Shown here in pieces: positions 19,786 through 29,086 of a stretch of DNA of 64,000 nt (its first letter is position 1; every line of letters begins with the position of its first letter). Source of the stretch: Candidatus Accumulibacter propinquus (GTDB lineage Bacteria; Pseudomonadota; Gammaproteobacteria; Burkholderiales; Rhodocyclaceae); the NCBI GenBank assembly GCA_016714935.1, contig JADKBU010000012.1, positions 11,304-75,303 on the forward strand. Reading direction: 5' to 3'. A program made the translations under genes and the position numbers. The notes beneath the pieces are model-generated. The model was given only the letters and a program-made list of their open reading frames with translations, was not told where the DNA came from and did no database searches.

Positions 19786-20220
19786 TCAGACCCCCCAGAT
19801 CTGGTTGACGCGCACGAAGCCGGTCTGGCCGTCGCGATGACGTACCTTGACCCAGCCGCCGGGCATGGTTTCGAGATAGTCCAGTGAAACGTTCTTTTCC
19901 GCTTCGAAGACGACCGCCGCCGCCTCGTCGGCGCTCTGCCGGACCTGCGCGCGCACCACGCTGACGATGACCGTACGCCGCTTGGCGAGATACCTGGCCT
20001 CAATCCAGGCCAGACCGCCGTCGGCATCGCGGACCTTGGACCAACCTTCCAGATTGACGACCATCTCGACTGGCGTGCCGCGCCTGACGACGAAGAGCTT
20101 GCTGCCTTTCTGCGAAGGCGCATCGTAAAGCACCGCTGGCGTATCGACGGTGCGGTACTCGATCGCCAACGATGGTGCCGCCAATCCGGCGGTCAGCAGC
20201 AGGCCCAACAGCCGCTTCAT
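19786..20220 (-). CDS. Secreted bacterial SH3-domain protein
   Basis: 144 aa. It has a signal peptide (MKRLLGLLLTAGLAAPSLA) followed by two SH3b-like segments (..GTPVEMVVNLEGWSKVRDADGGLAWIEARYL.. and ..GGWVKVRHRDGQTGFVRVNQIW). Confidence 0.7.
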   Translation of the reverse strand: MKRLLGLLLTAGLAAPSLAIEYRTVDTPAVLYDAPSQKGSKLFVVRRGTPVEMVVNLEGWSKVRDADGGLAWIEARYLAKRRTVIVSVVRAQVRQSADEAAAVVFEAEKNVSLDYLETMPGGWVKVRHRDGQTGFVRVNQIWGV

Positions 20221-20232
20221 CGTGCGGCCCGC

Positions 20233-20700
20233 TTACTGGATCGTCGTCTCGCCGGAGGCCTCCTTGGCGGCTTCCTGCTGCTGCAGACGCGACATGTAGA
20301 GCGCTTCGAAGTTGACCGGCTGCAGCAGCACGGGTGCGAAACCGGCACGCGTCACGGCATCGGAGACGACTTCACGCGCATACGGGAAGAGGATGTTCGG
20401 GCAGGCGATCGACAGCAGCGGTTCCATGTTTTCGCTCGGCACGTTCTGCACGCGGAAGATGCCGGCCTGACCGACCTCGACCAGAAACACCGTCTTCTCC
20501 TCGAGCTTGGAGGTCACGGTGGTCGTCAGCGTGACCTCGAAAACGCCCTCGCCAATCCCTTGCGCGTTGGTCTGCAACTGGATGCTGACCTTGGGAGACT
20601 CGCGTTCCAGAAAGATCTGCGGCGCGTTGGGGACTTCAACCGAAAGATCCTTGATGTAGATTTTCTCGATCGCAAAGATGGGGGTTTCTTGTTCGCTCAT
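20233..20700 (-). CDS. secB: Protein-export chaperone SecB
   Basis: 155 aa, ..[22 protein letters not shown]....[36 protein letters not shown]. Typical SecB. Confidence 0.95.
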   Translation of the reverse strand: MSEQETPIFAIEKIYIKDLSVEVPNAPQIFLERESPKVSIQLQTNAQGIGEGVFEVTLTTTVTSKLEEKTVFLVEVGQAGIFRVQNVPSENMEPLLSIACPNILFPYAREVVSDAVTRAGFAPVLLQPVNFEALYMSRLQQQEAAKEASGETTIQ

Positions 20701-20752
20701 GGTAGTTTCTTGGCCAATGGGATGAGGGGGTTAGTGAAACTCGGCGCGGGCA

Positions 20753-21028
20753 TCAAACGCATGCACCCGCGAGTAAGGGCAGCAACTTGCCCGCACGATC
20801 GAGAGCAATCAACTCGTCGCAACCACCGACGTGCGTTTCGCCGATGTAAATCTGTGGAACCGTACGCCTGGCGGTCCTTTCGAGCATCTCGGCGCGGCGC
20901 GCGGGATCGAGATCGACCCGCACTTTCTCGATATCGACGACGCCGCGCGCGCGCAGCAACTGCTCGGCACGTACGCAGAAAGGGCAAACCGCGGTCGAGT
21001 ACATCAGCACGCGTGACGCGATGCTCAT
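20753..21028 (-). CDS. grxC: Glutaredoxin 3
   Basis: Start at ATG 21028 (MSIASRVLMYSTAVCPFCVRAEQLL...TVPQIYIGETHVGGCDEL), 91 aa. CPFC active site. The start overlaps the rhodanese gene stop (ATGA). Confidence 0.93.
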   Translation of the reverse strand: MSIASRVLMYSTAVCPFCVRAEQLLRARGVVDIEKVRVDLDPARRAEMLERTARRTVPQIYIGETHVGGCDELIALDRAGKLLPLLAGACV

Positions 21029-21444
21029 CGCCGGGCTCCCTTCTTCAGCGGCAGGCCGGCTTCCGACCATGCCGCGACGCCACCATCGAGGGTGTGTACC
21101 TTGAGGAAACCGAGCTTGGCGAGGGTCGAACGGGCGGCGGACGAGCGCATTCCGGACTGGCAGATGAGAATCAGCGGTTTGTCCTTGAATGGCTCCAGCT
21201 CGGTCGCGCGTTCCGCGAGCGATCCCGCAGGAATGTTGCGCGAGTCGCCAAGGTGCCCGGCGACATATTCGTTCGGCTCACGAATGTCGATCAACTGGGC
21301 GTTCTCGCGGTTGATCAGCATCGTCGCCTGCGTCGGCGTGACGGCGTTCGTCCCCCCCGGCCGGCGGAAAGAGAGCGCCAGCAGCATCGAGCCACTGACC
21401 ACGGCGACGGCCACCAGAAGTATGTTCTGCTGTATGAATTCCAA
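21025..21444 (-). CDS. Membrane-anchored rhodanese-domain protein (YibN-like)
   Basis: Part of ORF 21025-21504, whose own first codon is TTG. The preferred start is TTG 21444, preceded by GGAG with a 6-nt spacer. That gives MEFIQQNILLVAVAVVSGSMLL.. (TM helix) followed by a rhodanese fold with active-site loop CQSGMRS. Its position before grxC-secB-gpsA matches E. coli yibN. The start is uncertain. Confidence 0.8.
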   Translation of the reverse strand: MEFIQQNILLVAVAVVSGSMLLALSFRRPGGTNAVTPTQATMLINRENAQLIDIREPNEYVAGHLGDSRNIPAGSLAERATELEPFKDKPLILICQSGMRSSAARSTLAKLGFLKVHTLDGGVAAWSEAGLPLKKGARR

Positions 21445-21531
21445 TCGAGACTCCAGAAACTGACCCGGCTCAACAGACGGGAGCGGGATGCCGCTCCCCG
21501 GCAAAAAACATCGACAACAATCAAGGCAGCC

Positions 21532-21840
21532 CTAGCCGCCGCAGAAAACCTCGCGCATCATGCCAATCAACTGCAGCGTGCGGGCATCGCCAACCCGATA
21601 ATAAACGCGGTTGGATTCCTTGCGCGCGATCAGAACACCCTTTTCGCGAAGAATGGCAAGATGCTGGGAAATGTTGCTTTGCGAAGTGCCTACGGCCTGG
21701 ACGATCTCTTGAACACAGGCTTCCTGATCGCCGATCACGCAAAGGATCTTGAGTCGCAGGGGATGCGATATCGACTTCAGCGCACGCGCTGCCTGCTCAA
21801 TATGCTCCTGCTTGTCAATGAGACTGCTCGTGATCGGCAC
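21532..21840 (-). CDS. ArsR/SmtB family transcriptional regulator
   Basis: The winged-HTH core is ..ALKSISHPLRLKILCVIGDQEACVQEIVQAVGTSQSNISQHLAILREKGVLIARKESNRVYYRV. There is no in-frame ATG. A GTG at 21840 gives 102 aa, while the longer ORF 21532-21966 adds a junk-like basic N-terminus. The start is uncertain. Confidence 0.8.
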   Translation of the reverse strand: MPITSSLIDKQEHIEQAARALKSISHPLRLKILCVIGDQEACVQEIVQAVGTSQSNISQHLAILREKGVLIARKESNRVYYRVGDARTLQLIGMMREVFCGG

Positions 21841-21865
21841 GATACGCCAGATTCGTCGTTTATCA

Positions 21866-21882
21866 TATAATCGCCGATTATA
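21866..21882. promoter_or_regulatory. Perfect 17-bp palindrome TATAATCG-C-CGATTATA in the divergent arsR-like / envC-like intergenic region (candidate operator overlapping -10-like boxes)
   Basis: Read directly from the sequence. It lies 26 nt upstream of the proposed GTG of the ArsR-family gene and ~90 nt upstream of the M23 gene. It presents TATAAT on both strands in a locally AT-rich patch. Confidence 0.5.
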
Positions 21883-21969
21883 GAACAAAACCTTGATGCA
21901 AGCGTGTCCCGCACGCCATCGCCCTGACGGTAGCCTCCCGCGCCGGCTCGATCGAGGTTTCTGCAAGGC

Positions 21970-23499
21970 GTGTGCCGTTCATTGACGAATACCCCAGACA
22001 AATCACCGGCCCATGCCGCGCCGGGCGCCACCAGCGCCCCGGTAGCGGGGCCGGCGACACCCCGCAGCTCAGCGAGGCTTCCTCCGCTGGTCAGGTACTG
22101 GTTGCTGATCGGGTGGTTGGCGTTGGCCCTGCCGACGCACGCGATCGCCGCCAGTCCCCCGGCGGGTGCCAGAAACGCCGACACGGCTTCGCCGAACGAA
22201 GTCGCCGAACGGCAGGGCGACCTCAAGTCGCTACGTTTGCAGATCGAAACGCTGCGCAGGGAGATGGCCGCCGCCGAAGGATCGCGCCGGGACGCGGTGG
22301 ATCAGTTGAAGGATGCCGAGCGCGCGATCTCGACCACCCAGCGCGACCTGCTGCAACTGACCACCCAGGTCGATAGCCTGCAGGCAACGCTCAGGGACCT
22401 CGGCACGCAGGCGCGCGCACTCGAACAACAACTGAGCGCACAGCAGGCACAACTGGGAAAGCTGCTCTACCGACAGTATCTCCGAGGCACTCCGGACCCT
22501 CTGCGACTGTTCCTCAACGGCGACGATCCCAATCAACTGGCGCGGGATCTGCACTATCTGGGGCTGATTGGCAGAGCCCGCAGCCAGATCCTGCAGGAGA
22601 TCGAAGCCACCCTGCACCGCAAGCAGGCGTTGGCCACCGACACCCGGCAGCAGGCCGAGCAATTGTCGGCCAGCGAAGCCCGCGAGAAGGAAGCGCATGC
22701 CAAACTGCTGGCTCAACGCGAGCAGCGCCAGGCGATGCTGGACAAGGTCTCGGATCACATTGCGACGCAGCGCCGCGAGATCGGCAATCTGCAGCGTGAC
22801 GAGAGGCGAATGGCCGAACTCGTCGAACGCCTGTCGAAAATCATCGCCACCAGGGCCCGTGAAGCGCAGGAAGCCCACCGCGAAGTACAACGGCGCGAGG
22901 CGGCGCGACAGGCGGCGCAGCAGGCGGCAGCCCAGCAGGCGGCCCAGCAGGCCGCGCGGCAGGTGGCGCGACAGGCGACAACGCAAGACAAACCTGCGCG
23001 GGCGGCACGATCGCTCGCCGAGAAACCACTCGTCGAAAAAGCGCCTGTCGCGACGACCCCGGTGCCGGAGGCGCACGTCGAGACTACGCCGCCGGCACCG
23101 GGCAATCTGGCAAGAATGAAAGGGCAACTGCGCCTGCCGACGCGCGGGTCGATCAGCAATCGCTTCGGCACCCCCCGGCAGGAGGGCAGCACCTGGAAGG
23201 GCCTGTTCATCCTCGCCAGTGCGGGCAGTGAAGTCCGCAGCATCGCCGGTGGCCGGGTCGTCTTTGCCGAATGGATGCGCGGTTTCGGCAATTTGCTGAT
23301 CATTGACCATGGCGGCAGCTATCTTTCGATCTATGCCAACAATGACTCGCTGCTGAAACAGGTCGGCGACGAGGTGCGCGCCGCCGAGACCATCGCCACC
23401 GTCGGCAACAGCGGTGGCAATCCCGAATCCGGTTTATACTTTGAGCTTCGCCACCAAGGGAAGCCGCTGGACCCGCTGGCTTGGGTTAACCCGAAATGA
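21970..23499 (+). CDS. envC: EnvC-like murein hydrolase activator (coiled coil plus degenerate LytM/M23 domain)
   Basis: 509 aa. It has a signal/TM segment (LVRYWLLIGWLALALPTHAIA), a long coiled coil and a Q/A-rich linker. The C-terminal LytM domain (GLFILASAGSEVRSIAGGRVVFAEWMRGFGNLLIIDHGGSYLSIYANN..GLYFELRHQGKPLDP) has GLYFE where active M23 enzymes have HLHFE, as in EnvC. The start (GTG 21970) is uncertain. Confidence 0.85.
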   Translation: MCRSLTNTPDKSPAHAAPGATSAPVAGPATPRSSARLPPLVRYWLLIGWLALALPTHAIAASPPAGARNADTASPNEVAERQGDLKSLRLQIETLRREMAAAEGSRRDAVDQLKDAERAISTTQRDLLQLTTQVDSLQATLRDLGTQARALEQQLSAQQAQLGKLLYRQYLRGTPDPLRLFLNGDDPNQLARDLHYLGLIGRARSQILQEIEATLHRKQALATDTRQQAEQLSASEAREKEAHAKLLAQREQRQAMLDKVSDHIATQRREIGNLQRDERRMAELVERLSKIIATRAREAQEAHREVQRREAARQAAQQAAAQQAAQQAARQVARQATTQDKPARAARSLAEKPLVEKAPVATTPVPEAHVETTPPAPGNLARMKGQLRLPTRGSISNRFGTPRQEGSTWKGLFILASAGSEVRSIAGGRVVFAEWMRGFGNLLIIDHGGSYLSIYANNDSLLKQVGDEVRAAETIATVGNSGGNPESGLYFELRHQGKPLDPLAWVNPK

Positions 23500-23521
23500 G
23501 GTGCGCACTGGAGTGATACGA

Positions 23522-24930
23522 ATGGGGAAGTTGAAACAGGCCGGGCTGGTTTGTGCCGGATTGGTTGGCGGCGTTCTGATCAGCCTGCAGTTTTCGGCGA
23601 TCGCCGACAAGGAAACGCGAGCCAGTCTGCCTGTTGAGGAACTGCGCACCTTCGCCGAGGTATTCAACGCCATCAAGACCGGCTACGTCGAGCCGGTCGA
23701 AGACAAGAAGCTGATCACGCACGCGATCAGCGGCATGCTCTCCAACCTCGACCCGCACTCCAGCTATCTCGATGCCGATGCGTTCAAGGACCTGCAGGTC
23801 GGCACGCAGGGCGAGTTCGGCGGCATCGGCATCGAAGTCGGCATGGAAGACGGGCTGGTCAAGGTGGTTTCGCCAATCGAGGACACCCCGGCCTACCGCG
23901 CCGGGGTAAAGCCGGGCGATCTGATCTTCAAGATCGACGATACGCTGGTCAAGGGTCTGACGCTCAATGAGGCCGTCAAGCGAATGCGCGGCAAGCCGAG
24001 GTCGCAGATCAGGCTGTCGATTCTCCGCAAGGGCGAGGCCAAACCCCTCGAAATCACCCTGACGCGTGAAGTCATCAAGGTGCAGAGCGTCAAGTCGAAA
24101 CTCGTCGAGGACGGTTACGGCTATCTGCGCATCACCTCGTTCCAGGAAAATACCGGCGCGGCGGTGGTCAAGCACCTTCAGGACCTGTTCAAGCCCGGCC
24201 CGATGAAGGGCCTGGTGCTCGATCTGCGCAACGATCCGGGTGGTCTCCTCAACAGCGCGGTCGGCGTTTCGGCAGCCTTCCTGCCGCTGGACACCCTGGT
24301 CACCTCGACCGACGGGCGCACCCCGGACGCCAAGCACCGTTTCTCGGCATCGCCCGCGGACTACCTGCGCGGTAGCCGGGACGACTATATCAAGGCACTG
24401 CCGCCCGAGGCGCGCAAGGTACCGATGGTGGTGCTGGTCAATGGGGGCTCCGCCTCGGCATCGGAAATCGTCGCCGGGGCGCTGCAGGACCACCGCCGCG
24501 CGATCGTTCTCGGGACGACGACCTTCGGCAAAGGCTCCGTACAGACCGTGTTGCCCTTGCCCGGAAACACCGCGATCAAGCTGACCACTGCACGCTACTT
24601 CACGCCTTCGGGCCGCTCGATCCAGGCCAAAGGCATCGTGCCGGACATCGTCGTCGAAGAGAGCGCCAACGGCAGCTCGGCCGAGCGCCTGCGCGAGGCC
24701 AACCTCGACCACCATCTCGACGGCAGCAAGGACCCGGCGTCGGCCAAGGACGCGCCGGCGAAGCCTGCCAAGACGGGCCACCCGCCAAGCCGAAGGCCAG
24801 CACAGCCAAGGACGATCCGGACGAGGCCGCCGAGCCGCCGAGCCGCGAACTGGCGTCAAAAAAGGACTATCAGTTGAACCAGGCGCTGAACCTTCTCAAG
24901 GGGATGCAGATCATGCAGAATACTCGGTGA
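23522..24930 (+). pseudogene. ctpA: Carboxy-terminal processing protease (S41, CtpA/Prc-like) with a 1-nt frameshift in the C-terminal linker
   Basis: Starts at ATG 23522 (MGKLKQAGLVCAGLVGGVLISLQF..). It has a PDZ domain (GIGIEVGMEDGLVKVVSPIEDTPAYRAGVKPGDLI) plus S41 motifs GGSASASEI and TFGKGSVQ. ORF 23414-24877 ends in an Arg/Pro junk tail. The conserved C-terminus ..PAKPKASTAKDDPDEAAEPPSRELASKKDYQLNQALNLLKGMQIMQNTR* is in the next frame and ends at 24930. The switch is near 24765-24790. Confidence 0.85.
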
Positions 24931-24971
24931 GCCTTTCTCTCGGAGTGGGGAACGTGAAACGACCGGCCGCC

Positions 24972-25373
24972 ATGCCACAGACGCCGATTCGCAAACAGCG
25001 CAACATCCTGTTTGCCAAGTTCCCGCCCGGCCAGGTCCCCGAAGCGTCGGACTTTCTCGGCAAGCTGGAGGACCTCGAACTCGAACGGCGCGAACAGCCG
25101 CGCGCACTCGGTGTGGCCTATGATCTGCACCACCATTGTCTGCAGGAACTCGAAGGCACGCTCGAGGATCAGGGTTATCACCTCGACAACACGCTGATGA
25201 GCAAGATGATGCGCGCGCTGATCTACTACGTCGAGGAAACGCAACTGCACAATCTCGACGCGCCGGTGCGTCCGCTCAAGCGCTCGCAGTCGGAAGCCTA
25301 CACGCACGCCTGGGAACGCCACCCGCACGGCGACCACGACGACACCCCGCCGGAGTGGCGCGAATACAAGTAG
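24972..25373 (+). CDS. Hypothetical protein (His/acidic-rich, family not recognised)
   Basis: Part of ORF 24927-25373, with strongly GC3-biased codons. Sequence ..AYDLHHHCLQELEGTLEDQGYHLDNTLMSKMMRALIYYVEETQLHNL..AWERHPHGDHDDTPPEWREYK. Candidate starts are ATG 24972, GTG 24954 (GGAG 8 nt upstream) or GTG 24927. Confidence 0.6.
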   Translation: MPQTPIRKQRNILFAKFPPGQVPEASDFLGKLEDLELERREQPRALGVAYDLHHHCLQELEGTLEDQGYHLDNTLMSKMMRALIYYVEETQLHNLDAPVRPLKRSQSEAYTHAWERHPHGDHDDTPPEWREYK

Positions 25374-25383
25374 CGCCGGGGCG

Positions 25384-26136
25384 ATGAACGACGGCCAGTT
25401 GCTGCGCTACAGCCGGCACATTCTGCTTGACGAGATTGGCGTCGAAGGGCAGCAGCGCCTGCTCGATGCGAAAGCGCTGATCATCGGCGCCGGCGGTCTC
25501 GGTTCGCCGGCGGCCCTGTATCTCGCGTCTGCCGGCGTTGGCCAGATCACGCTCGCCGACGGCGACACGGTCGACCTGACCAACCTGCAGCGGCAGATTC
25601 TGCACACTGACGGCCGCATCGGCGAGTCCAAGGCCTGCTCCGGCAAGATCGCGTTACAGACCCTCAATCCCGAGATACGGGTCACGGCGGTCAGCCGTCG
25701 GCTTGCCGGCGAAGCGCTGGAAGCGCTGGTCGCCGATGCCGATGTGGTGCTCGACTGCTGCGACAACTTTGCCACCCGCCACGCCGTCAATCGGGCATGC
25801 GTGAAGCTGCGCCGGCCGCTGGTTTCCGGAGCGGCGATCCGCTTTGCCGGACAGCTTGCGGTTTTCGATGCTCGGCGCGAAGACACGCCGTGTTACTACT
25901 GTCTCTTTCCCGAAGGGGAGGATGTCGAGGAGTTGCGTTGCGCGGTCATGGGCGTTTTCGCACCGCTCACCGGCATCATCGGCGCGATGCAGGCGGCCGA
26001 GGCACTGAAACTGATTATCGGAGCCGGCGAGCCGGTCGTCGGCCGGCTCTGGTTGCTCGACGGCCTGGCGATGACCTGGCGCTGCGTGAAATTTGCGCGG
26101 GATCCGCAATGCCCGGTCTGCGCGCCGCGCGCCTAG
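25384..26136 (+). CDS. moeB: Molybdopterin-synthase adenylyltransferase (ThiF/MoeB family)
   Basis: 250 aa, LRYSRHILLDEIGVEGQQRLLDAKALIIGAGGLGSPAALYLASAGVG..TLADGDTVDLTNLQRQ. It has CYYC and CPVC zinc pairs. Confidence 0.9.
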   Translation: MNDGQLLRYSRHILLDEIGVEGQQRLLDAKALIIGAGGLGSPAALYLASAGVGQITLADGDTVDLTNLQRQILHTDGRIGESKACSGKIALQTLNPEIRVTAVSRRLAGEALEALVADADVVLDCCDNFATRHAVNRACVKLRRPLVSGAAIRFAGQLAVFDARREDTPCYYCLFPEGEDVEELRCAVMGVFAPLTGIIGAMQAAEALKLIIGAGEPVVGRLWLLDGLAMTWRCVKFARDPQCPVCAPRA

Positions 26137-27239
26137 CTGAAGCGGGCGAGCACGCGCAGATCGGCGCCGAGCATGCGCAGGTCGCGGATTTGCAGCGTGC
26201 GTTTGTCGGCCAGTGATTGCAATGGCGGCAGATCGAACATGCCGCGCGCCGCGTCGCCGATCAGGCATGGCGCCAGGTAAAGCAGCAGTTCGTCGACCAA
26301 CCCTGCCCGCAACAGCGAACCACTGAGCGCGAAACCGGCCTCGACGTGTACTTCGTTGATGCCGCGCCGCGCCAGTTCGTCAAGCAGCGCCACCAGATCG
26401 ACCTTTCCGCCCGGTCCCGGCAGCAGGATGACTTCGGCACCACGCTGGACGAGGGCCGCGCTCCGGCCGCAGTCATCAGCGGTGGCGGCGATCAGGACAG
26501 CGCCATCGCGCAACAAGCGGGCGTCGAGCGGCAGTTCGAGCCGGCTGTCCACGATCACCTTCAAGGGCTGGTGCAACTCCGCACCCGGAGCTTCGACAGC
26601 ACGCACATTGAGCTGCGGGTCGTCGTGGCGGACCGTCCCGATGCCGCTCAGAATGGCGCACGCGCGCGCCCGCCAGCGATGCCCGTCCTGCCGGGCCGCC
26701 GCGCCGGTCAGCCACTGGCTGGCACCGTTCTGCAGGGCCGTCTTGCCGTCGAGGCTGGCGGCAAGTTTCATCCGCAACCACGGCCGCGCACGCGTCATGC
26801 GCGCGACAAATCCGACATTGATTTCCTGCGCCTCTGCGGCCAGCAAGCCACACTCGGCAATCACCCCGGCCACACGCAAGCGCGCCAGACCCCGCCCGGC
26901 CACCTGCGGATTGGGATCCTGCATCGCGGCGACGACCCGCGCCACCCCGGCGACAAGCAGGGCTTCGGCGCAGGGAGGGGTGCGACCGTGGTGACTGCAG
27001 GGTTCCAGGGTAACGTAAAGGGTCGCCCCGCGCGCTCTGTCGCCAGCGGCCTGCAGCGCGTGAACTTCGGCATGCTGCCCGCCGGCACGTACGTGCCAGC
27101 CCTCGCCGACGATCTCGCCATCCCTGACGATGACACAGCCGACGCGCGGATTGGGGCTGGTCGAGAAGAGCCCGCGCTCGGCCAGGCGCAGGGCGCGTGC
27201 CATGTGCTGATGGTCGGAGGCGCTGAACGCCGGGGCCAT
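26133..27239 (-). CDS. ribD: Bifunctional riboflavin biosynthesis deaminase/reductase RibD
   Basis: 368 aa. It has the CMP/dCMP deaminase zinc motifs HAEVHAL and PCSHHGRTPPC, followed by the reductase domain (KLAASLDGKTA...). Confidence 0.95.
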   Translation of the reverse strand: MAPAFSASDHQHMARALRLAERGLFSTSPNPRVGCVIVRDGEIVGEGWHVRAGGQHAEVHALQAAGDRARGATLYVTLEPCSHHGRTPPCAEALLVAGVARVVAAMQDPNPQVAGRGLARLRVAGVIAECGLLAAEAQEINVGFVARMTRARPWLRMKLAASLDGKTALQNGASQWLTGAAARQDGHRWRARACAILSGIGTVRHDDPQLNVRAVEAPGAELHQPLKVIVDSRLELPLDARLLRDGAVLIAATADDCGRSAALVQRGAEVILLPGPGGKVDLVALLDELARRGINEVHVEAGFALSGSLLRAGLVDELLLYLAPCLIGDAARGMFDLPPLQSLADKRTLQIRDLRMLGADLRVLARFS

Positions 27240-27709
27240 CAGCGGCCGGACGGCGGCGCCGAGCGAGAGACTTCGCGAACCACCTTGGAGAACTCGTCCA
27301 CGTCCTCGAAATTGCGGTACACCGAAGCAAATCGAACGTAGGCGACCTTGTCGAGCTTCTTCAACTCGCGCATGACCATCTCGCCGACCTTCTCCGAAGC
27401 CACTTCGCGCTCGCCGAGCGCCAGCAGCTTTTCTTCGATACGGGCAATCGCCGCCTCGACCATCGCGCTGCTGACCGGTCGCTTGCGCAGCGCCAGCAAC
27501 AGGCTGGCAGCCAGTTTGTCGCGGTCGAAATCGACCCGCGAGCCATTCTTCTTGATGATCTGCGGCAGGCGCAACTCCGCCCGCTCGTAAGTCGTAAACC
27601 GCTTGTCACACTTCAGGCAACGCCGTCGCCGCCGGACGATGTCGCCATCGTCGTTGATCCGGGTGTCGGCGACGGCTGTTTCGTCAGCGCCGCAGAACGG
27701 GCATTTCAT
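27239..27709 (-). CDS. nrdR: Transcriptional repressor NrdR (zinc ribbon plus ATP-cone)
   Basis: Start at ATG 27709 ([45 protein letters not shown]...). The start overlaps the glyA stop. Confidence 0.95.
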   Translation of the reverse strand: MKCPFCGADETAVADTRINDDGDIVRRRRRCLKCDKRFTTYERAELRLPQIIKKNGSRVDFDRDKLAASLLLALRKRPVSSAMVEAAIARIEEKLLALGEREVASEKVGEMVMRELKKLDKVAYVRFASVYRNFEDVDEFSKVVREVSRSAPPSGR

Positions 27710-28965
27710 CCCGACGACGAGCCGTAGACCGGAAACTTCCGGCACAGCACGCCGACATCGGCGCGCACGCGCTTCAGGACATCGGCGTCGCCCGGCGCAT
27801 CGAGAACATCGGCAATGAGGTGCGCCACTGTCTCGGATTCGAACTCGGTGAAGCCGCGCGTGGTCATCGCCGGCGAGCCGATACGGATGCCGGAAGTCAC
27901 GAAGGGCTTCTGCGGATCGTTCGGGATCGCGTTCTTGTTAACCGTGATGTGGGCGGCACCCAGAGCCGCCTCGGCGTCCTTGCCGGTGATGTTCTTGGCG
28001 CGCAGGTCTACCAGAAACACATGCGATTCGGTGCGGCCGGAGACGATCCGCAGACCGCGCTCGGCCGACAGCACGCGCGACAATACGCGGGCATTGGCCA
28101 CCACCTGCTCCTGGTAGTCGCGGAAAGCCGGTGACAGGGCTTCCTTGAAAGCCACCGCCTTGGCGGCGATCACATGCATCAGCGGCCCCCCTTGCAGGCC
28201 GGGGAAGATCGCCGAATTGATCGCTTTTTCGTGTTCGGCCTTCATCAGGATGACGCCGCCACGCGGCCCACGCAGTGTCTTGTGCGTGGTCGAGGTCACC
28301 ACATCGGCGTGGGGCACCGGGTTGGGGTAACAACCGGCCGCAATCAGGCCCGCGTAATGCGCCATATCGACCATGAAAATCGCGCCGATTTCCCTGGCCA
28401 CATTGGCGAAACGCTCAAAGTCGATGCGCAGGGAATAGGCCGACGCCCCGGCGATCAGGATGCGTGGCTTGTGCTCGCGCGCCAGCGCTTCCATCTTCGC
28501 GTAATCGATCGCTTCATGCTCGTCGAGACCATAGGCCACAACCTTGAACCACTTGCCGGACATGTTGAGCGGCATGCCATGCGTGAGATGGCCACCCTCG
28601 GCGAGGCTCATGCCCATGATCGTGTCGCCGGGTTTGGCAAAGGCCATCAGCACCGCCTGATTCGCCTGCGATCCGGAATTTGGCTGGACGTTGGCGGCAT
28701 CGGCGCCAAACAGCTTCTTCAGCCGATCGATCGCCAGTTGCTCGGCGACATCGACGTGCTCGCAACCACCGTAATAGCGCTTGCCCGGGTAACCCTCGGC
28801 ATACTTGTTGGTCAGTTGCGAGCCCTGCGCCGCCATCACCGCGTGACTGACGTAGTTCTCGGAGGCAATCAGTTCGATGTGCTCTTCCTGACGGCGATTC
28901 TCGTCCTCGAGCACCTGCCAGATCTTGGGGTCTACTCTCGCCAGGGTGTCTCTATCGGAAAACAT
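27706..28965 (-). CDS. glyA: Serine hydroxymethyltransferase
   Basis: Start at ATG 28965 ([40 protein letters not shown]...[12 protein letters not shown]), 419 aa. Confidence 0.97.
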   Translation of the reverse strand: MFSDRDTLARVDPKIWQVLEDENRRQEEHIELIASENYVSHAVMAAQGSQLTNKYAEGYPGKRYYGGCEHVDVAEQLAIDRLKKLFGADAANVQPNSGSQANQAVLMAFAKPGDTIMGMSLAEGGHLTHGMPLNMSGKWFKVVAYGLDEHEAIDYAKMEALAREHKPRILIAGASAYSLRIDFERFANVAREIGAIFMVDMAHYAGLIAAGCYPNPVPHADVVTSTTHKTLRGPRGGVILMKAEHEKAINSAIFPGLQGGPLMHVIAAKAVAFKEALSPAFRDYQEQVVANARVLSRVLSAERGLRIVSGRTESHVFLVDLRAKNITGKDAEAALGAAHITVNKNAIPNDPQKPFVTSGIRIGSPAMTTRGFTEFESETVAHLIADVLDAPGDADVLKRVRADVGVLCRKFPVYGSSSG

Positions 28966-29086
28966 CGTGCGCCTCGCAAGCCTTGAAAAGAGGCGAATTG
29001 TAGCACGCAGCAGAATTCCCACAGAATCTGCGCCGGCTCCACAAACAGCCGGCGGCCACTGACGCGCGCCATGAAAGCGCGCGCGC

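Noticed and set aside
22881-22990. Short reiterated GC-rich units (also at 58294-58370), checked as a possible CRISPR array or non-coding tandem repeats.
   Set aside because: Both lie inside ORFs and translate in frame to Gln/Ala or Pro low-complexity protein segments. There is no repeat-spacer periodicity of 25-40 nt anywhere in the window.
26133-26136. moeB and ribD share a palindromic CTAG containing both stop codons (convergent 4-nt overlap).
   Set aside because: This is real but trivial. It is a compact gene arrangement with no evident regulatory meaning and no terminator between the genes.
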